Made by a program: the position numbers and the translations under genes. A stretch of DNA of 64,000 bases from Flaccisagitta enflata (lineage: Eukaryota), in NCBI GenBank assembly GCA_965153355.1, contig OZ231126.1:8432001-8496000 (forward strand), given 5' to 3'. The notes beneath the pieces are model-generated. The model had not been told where the DNA came from and ran no database searches. It was given only the letters and a program-made list of their open reading frames with translations. Below, one piece after another: positions 13,440-27,139 of the stretch; the first letter of the stretch is position 1, and the number at the start of each line of letters is the position of its first letter.

Positions 13440-14640
13440 CTACCCATCTTAAAACTCTTCATCCACTTCTTTCTTTCTTCTCTTTATCAGCAACCCCTGC
13501 CTCCCATTCTTCCACCTCTTCTTCCTACTCTTCTTTCTCCTTAGTTTTCCCTCTTCTTATGGCAGCATCCTCTGCCTCCCATTCTTCCACCTCCTCTTCT
13601 TCTTCCTCCCCTTTCTCTTCATCCTCTTCCCCTTTTCCTCCTCTTCTTCTTCCTTCTCCCACTTCTTTACCAGCAACCCCTGCCTCTCATTCTCCAACCT
13701 CTCGTCTTTCTCCTCCTCCTCTTTCCCTCTTCTTCTGTCCCTCTTTTCTCTATGGCAGCAACCCCTGCCTCCCATTCTTCCACCTCCTCTTCTTCTTCCT
13801 CCCCTTTCTCTTCATCCTCTTCCCCCTTTTCTTCCTCTTCTTCCTTCTCCCACTTCTTTACCAGCAACCCCTGCCTCTCATTCTCCCACCCCTTCTTCTT
13901 CCTCCTCTTATTACTCCTCTTCTTCTTTCCCTCTTCTTCCTTCCCTCTTCTTCCTTCCCTCTTCTCTTTAGCAGCAACCCCTGCCTCTCATTCTTCCAAC
14001 CCCCTCTTCTTCCTCCTCTTCTTTGATCTCTTCTCACTCTCTTCTCTTTACCAGAAACCCCTGCCCTTCATTCTTCCACCCCCTCTACTTCCTCCTCTTT
14101 TTTAGTCGCGGACTAGCGACTCTATAAGAGGCTTTGTCCGTCGGTCGGTCGGTCGGTGGTGATCGGGTCGGAAAGTGTGAAAACACGCATTTCCGCCCCT
14201 GCCCACCCGTCCGCGACTGGTATTGGCCGTGTATCCGGCCTTGTTTTTTTTTCCCTCATCTCTTTACCAGCAACCCCTTCCTCCCATTCTTCCACCCCTC
14301 TTCTTCTTCCTCCTCTTCTCTCCCCTCTTCTTCTTCCTCCTCTTCTCTCCCCTCTTCTTCTTCCCCTCCTCTCCTTACCAGAAACGCCTGCCTCCCATAC
14401 TTCAACCCCCCCCTCTTCTTCCTCCTCTTCTTTCTCCTCTTCTTCTTTCCCTCCTCTCTTTACCCGAAACCCCTGCCTCCCATTTTTCCATCCCCTCTTA
14501 TTTCTCCTCTTCTTCTAACCCTCCTCTCTTTACTAGCAACCCCAAACTACCATTTTTCCACCTCGCCTCTTCATCCTCCTCCCTCTCCATTTCCCCTTCT
14601 TCATCCTCTTCTTCTTCCTTTTCCTCACCTTCTCTGATCT
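13440..14640. repeat. CT-rich degenerate tandem repeat
   Basis: Recurring agcaacccctgcctcccattcttccacc core in polypyrimidine sequence. Confidence 0.85.
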
Positions 14641-16315
14641 CGTCTTGAGCTTCGAAGACGAAATTACCTTTTCAATCCAGACTCAGACTGTGTTCCTGAA
14701 GGGTCACAATGTTCTAGAGTCCATTACGTTGTCGAGAGACTGTTGTTGTTGTTGTTGTTGATGTTGAGGTAGATGTTGTTTTTTTCTTGTGGTCGTCATT
14801 GAAATTTTTCGTTGATGTTTGAAGTGCGTCCTATTTATCAGGGTCCGTCCGTCCCTCGGTTGGTCGGTTTGTTGCCATGTTGGTCGGTCTCGCAAACGTT
14901 TGAAATGCTCAAAACGGCCAGTTCTGACGTCTTTCTTCATTCCTACAAACTCTCATGCCTTAACACACTAATTTGCAGTCTGTTGTAAGTGTTGTTCATT
15001 CGTTCATTCATTCATTCATTCATTCATTCATTCATTCATTCATTCATTCACTAAAAAGGTTCATTCACAAATTCTTAATAATATCTTTTATTCGTCATGA
15101 TCAAGCGAGGCGCACTTATGGCTATTTTTTTCATAGTTGTAGTCCTTGTTATTGTTGTTGATGTTGATGTTGTTTTTGTTGTTGATGATGTTGTTGTTAT
15201 TAGAGCTACTTCCACTTTTTTGCACAACACAATGGAATTGGTGGCGCAAATATTCATTGAACTAAACCCTCAGCACATGCTCGGGTCACTCATGTAAATG
15301 ACATGACATTATGTGAAACCATAGCCCTTGTTGAAAAAGTAAACCATCCAGCCAAAGCGATAGCGTTTGCGAACTAACAGACAGGCCAAGCCGGGGCAGC
15401 AGGCGCGGCCGTTATCGCATTCTGGAATAAATGGACCGCTTAGGTGCTCAACAAGGCCGGATACCCGGCTACCCAAGTCTAGGGCTTGAATGAAATCTGC
15501 TTGTCGCGTGTACGGCCAAACGCCAGCTTCGGTGATCTCGGACGTGGCACCGATGGATAAAGCATGATGCTCTGCTTTGGATTGCGTCGGAAAAACAAAA
15601 AATCAACGCAACACCGATTTTTAGTATTGAATTTACTGACATGATCGGGAAAAAAGTTGAAGTCAGTCTTCGACTTTTTGACATATTCGAGATAAACATG
15701 GTTTTCATTTTCTCATTAGGAAGTTGGGCATCTTATCCGGCTGATTGGGGCCTCCAATGAAATTGATAGTGTAAGTAAATTTGATTATTAGTCGCGTGCT
15801 ACGCGACTCTATAACCCACTTTTCGGTCGGTCCATCGGTCCGTCGGTCGGTCGGTCACAAAAAGGTTTTCGAGGTTTTTTTTGCCTCTGAATAGTGTAAA
15901 AGTAACTTGGACAAGTAAACAACTATTTTAAATGTCTTTTTGAAAAAAGTTGTTTGCCTGTCTGTCTGCCTGCCTGACTTTTTTTGAAAGTGCCGACGCA
16001 CGCGACTTAGGTCTAATGACCTTGTTCTCTTTCATTTGGTGCCAAGCAGAGTGCTGTACATCAAATATTTTTTGCATTATGATTTTTTAAAGATTGAATT
16101 ATGAAAAATTTTAATTGAATTTTTTTCAATTTTTTATGATTTTGTGTAGGATCAATAAAGAAGTGTCTATGTGTTTGTTTGAGCATGAAAATACAAGAAA
16201 ACATGTTTGTGAGCACAGCTGCTCATCTGTGAGGGCGTTTTTGAGCATTTTAGCTCACTTAGCTCAGTCTTTTCTTTCTGATTTTAAATGCGATAAATGA
16301 ATAAATATTTTCATA

Positions 16316-17354
16316 CTACCTAGATCAAAAGTATTGCAACACTCAGGGTATTAATTTTATGTCGCGGACACGCAACTCTACACCTTGCAGTGTCGGTCAG
16401 TTGGTAGGTCAGTCGGTCGGTAGGTCGGTCTGTCTGTCCGTCCGTCACATTTTTGAATTCCAAGCGGTTTTTGCATTACTGCTCCTGCCCAACCATCGGC
16501 GACTAGATTGCCGTGTATCCAGCCTTGTTTTAAGCACCAATACAATGCAAAATAAGTCAATTCAAGCATATATATCTTTCATGTATCCAACCTGGGCCTA
16601 AATGACAGCTTCCATTTGCCTTGGTGTTGCTTTGTATAGCATTTTTAGGTAATCTGGGGTGACTAGTCTGCAAACCTACTGTGCAGTTTTTTTTTCAACC
16701 CCACTATTGATGTTGCACACTTTTTTCGCTGCAGGTTCTTTATCTAACTAAGAAGGCTTTCAATTGGATTGACAGCAGGCAAGTTGTAAGGCCACCTCTA
16801 GTACCTATTGTCGCCATTATCTATCCAAAAGATATTCATACTGGAATTCATATGCCGCCGCTTTTTTTTCATTTGATTTTACCATCATAACAGTCTCTGA
16901 TGCTAGATTAAAAGAAAACTACAAGCTTAAACATTGAAAACTGATGTAAAATCGAGGAAGGGTGTTTTTGTCTTGTGGTTCCCTTCATTAGAAATTGTTT
17001 TTGACTTTCCGCTTAAGCTTTAGAAAAGAAAATTCAACAGATTAATTTTTATCAAAATCATTGAATAGTGCAGGGTAATACCCATTTTTAGGCTTCCCCA
17101 GCGGCGCTGTTCTTTACACATGATAGATAGGTAGTGGAAGAGACTAAGATGATTTTTTAAAAGATTTTCAAAAAGCAACATTTTTGCATTTTCTTGCGCC
17201 ATTTTTAAACGGATTGACCTAGAATACTGAGATTGCGCTAGATTTGAAGAAAATTCGATGTAGAATAAGAATCTCACCAAGAAAAGGTCAAAATTCTTTC
17301 TGAAAGCCAACTTGTCTCAGTCTAAAGCTGTTGCAATACTTATGGCCTAGGTAG
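16316..17354. mobile_element. MITE CTACCTAG...CTAGGTAG, TA TSD (copy 1, contains a family A element)
   Basis: TIR ctacctag.....aagtattgcaaca; TA flanks; absent from the 36596 paralog. Confidence 0.85.
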
Positions 17355-17587
17355 TACATTTTTAATCAAGCAAATACAAAAAAGCATGTCTGTGAGCAGA
17401 GCCGCTTATCTGTGAAGATGTTTTTAAGTATTCTAGCTCATTTAGCTCATTTAGCTTGCTCTTTTTCTCGGATCTTTACTAAATTGATATTTTGATTTCA
17501 GCATGCAAGAAAGCATGGCAGTGAGCAGAGCTAGTTGTCTGGTTGAAATATTTTGAATATTTCAGCTCATCTAGTTCATTTGGCTTA

Positions 17588-18158
17588 CTACCTAGGAAAT
17601 AAGTATTGCAACACTCAGGGTAAATGTTCATTTATTTGCCAATACAATACAAAAAATGTCAATTCAAGCAAATTAGTATTTGGTTGGTCCTCCCTTAGCC
17701 TGAAAGTTGGCTTCCATTAATCTCAGCATTGATTCGTAGAGCTTCTTTAGGTAATCTAGTGTGACTTGTCTCTGAATCTTCCATGCAATTTTTTTTCAAC
17801 CCCACAATTGATGTTGCGCTGTCTTTTTGCTATAGGTTAATCATCTGACTGCTTGAATCTTTAATTGGATTAAGATCAGGCAAGTTGCCGGACTAACCCT
17901 CAACTCCTTGTGACATCTGAACTTTGTGCCATCTTTGTGTAATCATTGCTGCCCGCAAGATATCGTAAATGGGTGGCAAAAAAAATGTGATTTTTTTTTG
18001 CGCTATTTCTAAACAAATTGACCGAGAATTCTGGGATTGCCCTAAATTTGAAGAAAATTTGTTATAGATTAAGAATCTCACCAAGAAAAGGACAAAATTC
18101 TGTTTTAAAGCAAACTTATCTTAGTCTAAAGCTGTTGCAATACTTATTTCCTAGGTAG
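17588..18158. mobile_element. MITE CTACCTAG...CTAGGTAG, TA TSD (copy 2)
   Basis: Perfect ctacctaggaaataagtattgcaaca TIR; TA flanks. Confidence 0.88.
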
Positions 18159-18508
18159 TAGTCTAATTTTCTCTGATTTTTAGTGCAATCAATACAAATC
18201 TAACAAAAAAAAAAGATTGCCGTGACTGAAGACAAAAGCTTGGCAAAAAGTGATCAATGCCTACGACTTTTTTCCTCACGGCGACAGCCGCCATTACTGG
18301 TATTTGAAACAAATTTCTGTTCTTGCGCTCAGAGTTAGAGTCCGGGGACACAAAGGTCATCTTAAGAGCAGACAATCATTTTGTTTTAAATCTGAAGCTT
18401 TTCATGTATACAACGGTCAAACTTTTTTCATTGATGTCACTCATCAGCTTTGAACGATATTTACCTTTTCTTTCTAGATCTATTTCCTTACTCGGATGGA
18501 CATGTATG

Positions 18509-21384
18509 TACGGGCAGGAATCCAGGATGAAAATTTCTAAAAAAAAAAAAAGACACCACCCCTAATTTTTTGCACAGAGGTCCTAAAAAGGGTGTAGAAT
18601 CAAAATATGATATTCATTTTGGTTGAATATTGGCCAATAAAATTAGAAACGGTTTTTTATGGTAAAAACTGCTATTTTTGCTTTAAAAACAGTATTTCTT
18701 TTATTGTTTCCATGATTTTTTTGCAGAAATGTGTAGCCCTTGTTAAGATTGATATTTTAGTGCACTCGTTATATTTTGAGATATGCCTAAGGAGCCTGAA
18801 AATGGCTTTAACTAGTCATCCAAGGATCGCACATGGTCAGCGGTACCCGATGCCCTGCTTGGAGTGATCAAGTGAAGTAGTGGAGAGAGAGCAGGGCAGC
18901 GGCCCCAAAGGGCCGATGTCCTGTAGGACACAGGGGGGAATTTCGAGACGTCCTGGGGTATATTAGGTCTGAGAAGATGGATAGAGGTAATTAAAGGCGG
19001 GTTTGAAGCCTGGAGGGCAGAATTAGGTTTTAAAGAGTAGATTTGAGGTTTGAGGGGCAGGCTTGAGGCCCAGAGGACAAATTTGAGGCCTAAAGAGCTG
19101 ATTTGAGGCCTTGAGGGTGGATTTGGGGTATGGAGGGCTAATTTGAGGTCTGGAGGGCAGATATGAGGTATGGAGAGCTGATTTAAGGTCTCAAGGCCTA
19201 AATTGAGGTCTGAAAGGGCTATACAGCCTATTCTGATGGCTCAGAGGGCCCAAATCAGGCCAAAATCAGGCCTGAGAGAGCAAAATTGAGGCCAAGGGGG
19301 GGGGACGGAAGGACGGACGGAAGGACGGACGGAAGGACGGACGTCTCGAAATTCCCCCCTGTGTCCTACAGGACATCGGCCCTTTGGGGCCGCTGCCCAA
19401 AAAGCCAAATTATGAGGGAATAAGCCAAATTTTTACAATTCTAAGAAAAAAGCATTGAAGACTGTGTCTTAAATAAGAATATAGGTGGCTTGAGTGGGAT
19501 AATGTGTCGTTAGGGACTTATTTCCCATCAGGGTGGGATCTGGTGGTCTGTGTAGGTGGCTTGAGTGGGATAATGTGTCGTTAGGGACTTATTTCCCATC
19601 AGGGTGGGATCTGGTGGTCTGTGTAGGTGGCTTGAGTGGGATAATGTGTCGTTAGGGACTTATTTCCCATCAGGGTGGGATTTGGTGGTCTGTGTAGGTG
19701 GCTTGAGTGGGATAATGTGTCGTTAGGGACTTATTTCCCATCAGGTGGGATTTGTGGTCTGTGTAGGTGGCTTGAGTGGATAATGTGTCACAGGACTTAC
19801 TCCATCAGGTGATTTGGTGGTCTGGGTGTAGGTGGCTTGAGTGATAATGTCGCTAGTGTGACCCTATTTCCATCAGGTGATTTGGTGTCTGTGTAGGTTT
19901 GTGAGTGGGATAATGTCGTTAGGACCTATTTCCATCAGGTGATTTGGTGGTCTGTAGGTGGGGTTTTGGGATAATGTGTCGTTAGGGACTTATTTCATCA
20001 GGTGGGATTTGGTGGTCTGTGTATAGTGGCTTGAGTGGGATAATGTGTCAGTAGGGGACTTATTTCCCATCAGGGTGAATTGATATCTGTGTAGGTGGCT
20101 TGAGGATAATGTAAGCGTTAGGGACTTATTTCCTATCATAGGTGGGATTTGGTGGTTCAGTAGGTGGCTTGAGTGATGCTGTTAGGGGACTTATTTCCCC
20201 ATCAGGTGGGACGGTGGTCTGTAGGTGGCTTGAGTGGGATAATGTGTCACATGACTTATTTCCATCAGGGTGATTTGTCTGTGTAGGTGGCTGATTGGAG
20301 CAATGTGTCGTTAGGGACTTATTTCCATCAGGTGGGATTTGGGTGGTCTGTGCAGGTGGCTTGAGGGATAATGTCGTTAGGGACTTATTTCCCATCAGGG
20401 TGGGGATGGATTTGGTGGTCCATGTAGGTGGCTTGAGGGATAATGTGTCGTTAGGGGCTTATTTCCCATCAGGTGGGATTTGGTATTGTAGGTGGCTTGA
20501 GTGGGATAATGTGTCAGCTAGGGACTTATTTCCTTCAGGGTGGGATCATGGTCTGTGTAGGTAGCTGAGGGATAATGTGTCGTTAGGACCTATTTCATCA
20601 GGTGGGGATTTGGGTGGTCAGTGTAGGTGGCTTGAGTGGGATAATGTGTCATAGGGATCATTTCCCATCAGGTGGGATTTGGTCTGTGGTGTAGGTGGCT
20701 TGAGTGATAATGTGTCATCAGACTTATTTCCCATCAGGTGGGATTTGGTGGTCTGTGTAGGTGGCTTGAGTGGGATAATGTGTCGTTAGGGACTTATTTC
20801 CCATAAGGGTGGGATTTGGTGGTCTGTGTAGGTGGCTTGAGTGGGATAATGTGTCGTTAGGGACTTATTTCCCATAAGGGTGGGATTTGGTGGTCTGTGT
20901 AGGTGGCTTGAGTGGGATAATGTGTCGTTAGGGACTTATTTCCCATCAGGGTGGGATTTGGTGGTCTGTGGAATATACATCAGGTATGAGTTTCATTGTG
21001 CTACTAAAAGAAACGCTCAAATTATGAGCGAAAAATGCGAAACCGCAATATGCAAATGAGATAAAAGTGCAAATTTCCAAAAATGGCCAAAATTGGTCAA
21101 AAACACCAAAAATTGAGTAAGCATAATACCAATGATCAAAATACATCAGTTTCAGTCAAAATCAACCAAAAAATATTAGATATTCAATGTTTTATAGTAA
21201 AAAACACAATTCATAGTACAAAAAACCGTTTCTAATTTTATTGGCCAATAATTGACCAAAATGAATATCATATTCTAATTCTACACCCTTTTTAGGTACC
21301 CTATGCAAAAAATTGGGAGTGATGTCTTTTTTTTATTCTAAACCCTTAAAATTGAGATATTTTCATCCTGGATCCCTGCCCGTG
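18509..21384. mobile_element. DNA transposon with long TIRs carrying a 71-bp satellite and a family B insert
   Basis: acgggcaggaatccaggatgaaaat ... ttttcatcctggatccctgcccgt; inverted arms of about 150 bp or more. Confidence 0.82.
19482..20970. repeat. 71-bp tandem satellite, about 21 copies
   Basis: Unit taggtggcttgagtgggataatgtgtcgttagggacttatttcccatcagggtgggatttggtggtctgtg. Confidence 0.95.
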
Positions 21385-22751
21385 TAAAGGTGATTTATGA
21401 GAAGTGATTTTCCTTGTCATGGTTGTGGTCTCAATATGCTGTAGTTAGTAACGCATAAGCTTTACCTCTGACTAAAACATTTTTTTTCATGAAGCCAAAT
21501 TTTGTTACACGGCCTTCGGTATGCAGTCAGACTCGTCTTAGACAAAGCAATGTACTCTCTCTGCATCTCAGTATCTCTCTGTCCATTTATTCAATGGTGC
21601 TAATCAGTCTGTCTCTCTCTCTTGGCGCGCAATGATACATTGGAAGATCAACTCTGACTTAGACAAAATGTTAGTGGAGACGAGTTTTAAAAAAGAGTCG
21701 TAGGATAACGGTTGCCTTTTTAGTCGCGTGCTACGCGACATTACACCCCGCTCCGTCGGTCGGTCGGTCGGTCTGTCGGTTGGTCGGTCTGTCGGTTGGT
21801 CGGTCGGTCGATTGGTCGGTCGGTCCCCTATTTACTTTTTTGGTGTTTTTAAGCTTTTTGAGCGTACACCTCCTGCCCAGATGCCCTGGTGACCTTCTCC
21901 AGCACTGCTCCTGCCCACCCGCACGCGACTAGGGTAGCCATGTAGCCAGCCTTTTTTGATAAGAAAAGTATGAAATACTTCTAAACCAGTTATGCTAGAA
22001 ATTTTTAGTCGCGTGCTACGCGACTCTACTCCCCGCTATGTCGGTCCGTCGGTTGGTCGGTTGGTTGGTCGGTTGGTCCCCTTTTTTGGGCAGCGGCTCC
22101 GAAGGGCGATGACCTATGCTTTCACACATATGGGGAATTTTCTCCTTCTCCTTCTCCTTCTCCCCTCCCAGCCCCTCCAGGCTATATCTCAGCCTGGAGG
22201 CCCATAACCCAGTCTTGAGGCCCAAATCCCAGTGTTGAGGCCAAATCCCACCCTCAAGGCCCAAATCCCAACCCCAAGTCCCAGATTCCAGGAGGAGGAT
22301 AAAATTCCCCATATGTGTGAAAGCATAGGTCATCGACCCCTTCGGGGCCGCTGCCCTGCTCCCCCTCAACTTCACCCACAACCCACTTAAGCGGGGCACG
22401 GGTACCGCTGACCATCTAACGCTTTTGCGACTATTACTTTTTTCAGCGTTTTATAGCTTACAGCTTTTTGAGCTTACGGCTCCTGCCCAGATGCCCTATT
22501 GAACTTCTTTAGCACTGCTCCTGCCCACCCGCACGCGACTAGGGTAGCCGTGTATCCGGCCTGGTTACGACTCTCCATGGCATTTCTAGCAAAACACGAG
22601 ATCACACAAATTGAATACCAATGAAACAAGATCAATTCTGCTGGAGTCAACGAAAATCAATCTATTGCATTGAAACACAACATTAATTTTACCACCCAAC
22701 GCAACAACAGCAACACATCACCACAATTGAAACACATCACCAAGCCCGTCA

Positions 22752-23558
22752 TCATTTAGGATTCATGTAATTCGGTCCATAATCCAAGAGATTGTATTCA
22801 TGTATTTTCTGAGCGGAACACGGTACAGTACCTTCCGAGCAAACCTGGCTAAAACTGGAGGATTAATTTTTGTTACTTTAATTTTATTTCCCAAACTTCA
22901 TTTTTTGTACATAACTTAATCAAAGATACTTAATTTTGAACATATTTGGCTGTCAAAAGATGACTCGTGAAATCAAAGTGATGAAGACATCAATATTAGG
23001 TAATTGACCATATTAGAAGGCCCTACTATCTAGACTACAAGAACAGCTCAGTCAGATAATTATTTCAGATTTCACAGCCATTTAAAAATTTTAAGGACAA
23101 TTGTCTCAAAATAATTTAGGACAATTGTCCTTAAAAACTTTAAATAGCCATAAAATCTGAAAAAATTGTCTGACTGAGCTGTTCTTGTAGTCTAGGATAG
23201 GTAAAATTTTCTGCCAAATCCAATGGTCTGGGTTAGAACACTCAATATTGATGTCTTCATGCACTTTGATTTCACAAGTTATTTTTTTTAACAGCCAAAT
23301 ATTTTCAAGGAATTAAGTATCTTTTAATTAAGTTTGATGCAAAAAATGAAGTTTGGGAAATGAAATTAAAGTAATAAAAATTAATCCTCCAGTTTTGACC
23401 GGGTTTGCTCGGAAGGTACTGTACGTAGACGAGATGTCCGTGCAAATCCGCCGAGCAGATATTGTCTGTGAAATCCATATTATTCAAGTTGCCGCCTTTG
23501 TGACGAGTGTCGTAGATTTTCCGCTCGTAGTTGAAGTAAATATCGACGTTGATTCCAC
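22752..23558 (-). pseudogene. Fukutin/LicD-like terminal exon interrupted by a MITE
   Basis: Removing the MITE and one TA gives GINVDIYFNYERKIYDTRHKGGNLNNMDFTDNICSADLHGHLVYVPCSAQKIHEYNLLDYGPNYMNPK**, which resembles the fukutin/LicD C-terminus (DxFFxYE...C.....VPC......YG..W..P); AAG acceptor at 23560-23559. Family assignment is by eye, not by database search. Confidence 0.6.
22826..23421. mobile_element. Foldback MITE (nearly fully palindromic), TA TSD
   Basis: TA|CAGTACCTTCCGAGCAAACC ... GGTTTGCTCGGAAGGTACTG|TA; arms pair up to a centre near 23115. Confidence 0.92.
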
Positions 23559-24032
23559 CTTTATGAGTGTAAGGCGGCAAAAATCATCAATCAATCGTAA
23601 ATGAAGGGACACGCCAAACTGGCGACTATAGCTTTCGTTGATAAACAGACGGAGAGACCTGTAAGGCGGTAACAAGGCCAAGTAGGCCAACAATGCGTTC
23701 TCTTTGAATGAGTTTTTTATAAATGAATGTTATTTATGAATGTATGTCTTTTTTTATGAATGACTGTTGTTTATGAATGAATGATTTAACGAATGAATTA
23801 TTCAATGTATGCTTCTTTTACTGAGTTGGTACGAATTTTCTGATGAAAAAATGCAAGATTCTGATGTTTTTAAGAGTGCGTTACAGACAGACAGGCAGAC
23901 CAACCAACAGACGGACTCAGCCTGATATAGAGATGCGAGGACACATCTAAAAATCATCAATCAATCGTAAATGAAGGGACACGCCAAACTGGCGACTACA
24001 GCTTTCATTGATAAACAGACGGACAGACCGAC

Positions 24033-24070
24033 CTGATGGTCCTAGCATCCATGGCAAAGAAACAGACAGA
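24033..24070 (-). CDS. Candidate 38-nt exon of the fukutin/LicD-like locus
   Basis: Pyrimidine tract and CAG acceptor, GTCGGT donor; reads (S)LSVSLPWMLGPSG; phase 2/1 fits the flanking candidate exons. Confidence 0.35.
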
Positions 24071-24409
24071 CTGATCGGGCGGTAAAAAATCAAATGGAAC
24101 GAACCAAAAGAGAGTTAATGAGAACCACTTTGGGAAGAAATTGGGGATGAAAAGTCTATTAGTGCCGAGACTTAATCTGAGGAAAGAAAAATGAGATGAA
24201 AAATGGGAAGACAAATGGTCAGAGTATCAACCTCTCGAGGAGAATAAAACGAGGACAAGGCGGACCACCTGTAACTATAAGATCACTCATAGGGCAAGCA
24301 TTGATTTGATATTGACTATTTGTCAAAATATTCATCCTTTAATCTCTCTAGACAAGACTCAGGAGAAGCCCCATGACGACAAAGACGGAAACAAAGACGG
24401 AAACGCGTA

Positions 24410-24912
24410 CCCCAGTAGCCGGCAGTTGGGCTACAATGAGTCGTATACTGTGCAAAGAGTCGCCTACAGTACAAAGAGTTGTCTACTGTACAAAGAGTCG
24501 CCTACAGTACAATGAGTCGTCCACTGTACAAAGAGTCGTCTACTGTACAAAGAGTCGCCCACAGTACAAACTGTCGCCTACGACCCGACCCAAAGGGTCA
24601 CGTTCGCAATGACAATCCGTGTCTTTTGTTTTTAAGTGTTTTTTTTTTTTTTAAAGCGGTTAATGTTTTAGGGTTAGGGGTGGGGTTAGGGATGGGGTGG
24701 ATTTTAGGGTTAGGGATAGAGTAGGGATTGGGGTGAGGGTGAGGATTAGGTTTGGGTTTGGTATTATATGTTTTAGCTCGAGTAAGCTTGAATTATAGAT
24801 TTGTCCTTGTGGGGAAAAACAAGTGCACCGGATTGAATTACCTAACATGACCGTACAAAGTATCGCCTACAGTACAAAGTGTCTCCTGCAGTACAAAGAG
24901 TCGCCCACCCAC
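24410..24912. mobile_element. Helitron-like fragment with 20-bp repeats and degenerate GGGTTA tract
   Basis: tacaaagagtcgcctacag units; tagggttagggg tract at about 24668-24760. Confidence 0.45.
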
Positions 24913-24933
24913 GTCAAATGGTCCATGAAGAAA

Positions 24934-25258
24934 CAGGCCTGTATATTGTTCTGTATTCCCCCCCCCGGTGGGGGGGGGAAAATAATCAAAGGGTTTGGAG
25001 AAAGGGAAGGAAAAGGAAGGAGGAAAAAAGAGAAAAAAAAGAAAATTTTGGGAAAATAAAACTTTTGGCAGTAAAAAATCATAAAACATGATATGTAAAA
25101 CACAATTTAACACTTTTTAAACCTTAAACATACTGTTTTATTGCTTTATGGGTAAAAAAATCGTAGATTTTGTAACGCGACGCGATGCGTCGCGGGGAAG
25201 AAAATCAAAGGCAGGGGGGGGAAACTAATCAAAGATCATAGAACTATATACACCCCTG
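24934..25258. mobile_element. hAT-type MITE, 8-bp TSD TGAAGAAA
   Basis: CAGGCCTGTATAT ... ATATACACCCCTG; TSD at 24926-24933 and 25259-25266. Confidence 0.9.
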
Positions 25259-25630
25259 TGAAGAAAAGGTCATCATGACTCGTGAGAATCGCTTCAACGT
25301 CGCGTACACCACAACAGTAAAATAACAAAACGCAAAAACAAGAAAATGCAAAAACAAGCTAAGACCAGGTACATGACAAATAATGTTTTTTTTTCAGCCA
25401 ATATATGCAATATCATATCATTGAGAAAGAAGGCCAACCTGTGTGCCGTGTGGATCGAAGGCGTTACCGACCAACCGACCAACCAACCTACGAACACTGC
25501 TTCTTATATAGACGTGCTTTTGCACACGTTAACAGACACTACCTGCTAGGTGCCAACCTCCCTGCGCACCCGAGCGGCCACGGTTGGACAGACGCACAAC
25601 CTGCTTCACAGTGTGTGTGAGTGTGGGTAT

Positions 25631-25701
<71 letters not shown>

Positions 25702-26032
25702 AAAGAGAAAGAGAAAGAGAAAGAGAAAGAGAGAGAGAGAGAAGAGATTCAATGCTTTTGTCAGGAAATTCGAATAAAGATGGAGTGGGCCTAAGTGGGA
25801 AACCAATTTTCAAATCTCTCTGAATGGATTGTGGCCGGGAAGAGGGGGGGGGGGGTAAGGACAGTTGGATTTTTGACGGTCATGACTCGGGACAGTGTCA
25901 TTGCTAAATTGTCAGGAGACTCAGGACAGTCTAGACTTTGGATGACTGTTCGTCAAGGATTTTCATTGTAACCCGTTCTCGACGCCTCAAATGTCAGAAG
26001 ATAATCATTTTCTACCTAATTGTTAATGAATA

Positions 26033-26298
26033 CACTTTTTATTTTTTATAAGAACCTAGTTTATAAGAACATCAAGCCTTGAAATTGCTCAAAAATTAAG
26101 AACATTGTAGTCATTTTATTAGTAGCTATCTCTATCTCTTTTGAAGGCTTCAGAAAAAAAAAATTCTAGTTTATAAGAGCATCAAACCTTAAAATTGCTC
26201 AAAATTTAAGAACATTGTAGTTATTCAATTAGTAGCTATCTCTATCTCTTTCAAAGGCTTCAGAAAAAAAATGATGTTCTTATAAAGAATAAAAAGTG
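26033..26298. mobile_element. MITE CACTTTTTATT...AATAAAAAGTG, TA TSD
   Basis: TIRs, TA flanks, internal direct duplication. Confidence 0.8.
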
Positions 26299-27139
26299 TA
26301 ATGATGTTAAATACTATCTAGAACATATGTATATCGACAGGCATTTAAAGCAATAACTCTATAAAGAATAAAAAAATTACATAAAAATCAGTGAGATTCT
26401 GAAACTACTTTGAATTTCTGACCAAATGCCGCAAATTGCATCCTTTTAGCTCAAGCCGTTTAGAAATGACAAGCAAAACAAGATTGATACTCTAATCAAA
26501 AAATATGAATAAAAAAATGCATCTAGTTTCCTTACAAGTTACTAAGTCTCTTTTCAGATAGATTGGAGGTTTTTTCCACCCTATTTTTTGTCCTCATTAC
26601 AGCGCCCAACACCTTTGTTGCATTTTCTTGGTTGATTTCAACCTCTCTTACTCATTAGGATTGCAACTGAAGCAAAAGGGAGAACATAGCATACACCTAG
26701 GCATTTTTTAAAATAAAGTTTTATGAGGGAGAGTAATCATGCATTTATTCTCAGCATTTTTGTAAAAATGCTTAAAAAATCTATATACAGTTTGTTGTTG
26801 AACGATGTAATATTAAGTATCTATCATATTTTTGAGGTTTTTTTTTATGATTCCCATACTGATAGATTACTCAATCCCTATACTGTCGATATACTTATGT
26901 TCTAGATAGTATGTGTTAATAGGATTGGATATAAAAATGGCAGTTTGTCGTCAGGCAGGTCGGGTGTAGGGTGGGTAACTGGTAAGCCCATGAGTTAGAA
27001 ATCTCCCTAGTCCCAAAACAACAACCAAACGACCCACCATCGCATTTGGCTATCTGAGCCTTCCTTAAGCAATTCAGAAGCACAACACTGACAACGACAG
27101 TAAGCGTTGGCGACCGTTTGAAATCAAATTTGGTTTATT

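Larger units (their letters stand above)
15643..18254 (+). mobile_element. Interspersed repeat with nested insertions; paralog at 36596-37305
   Basis: tgatcgggaaaaaagttgaagtcagtcttcgac start shared with 36596; colinear after removing the insertions. Confidence 0.7.

Noticed and set aside
19482-20970. CRISPR-like array
   Set aside because: Head-to-tail units with no unique spacers and no cas genes; eukaryotic context.
22826-23421. MITE acting as a precisely spliced intron (introner)
   Set aside because: A GT exists at the entry junction but there is no AG at the exit junction to restore the frame.
24668-24760. Telomeric TTAGGG array
   Set aside because: Short, degenerate, and internal to an interspersed repeat.
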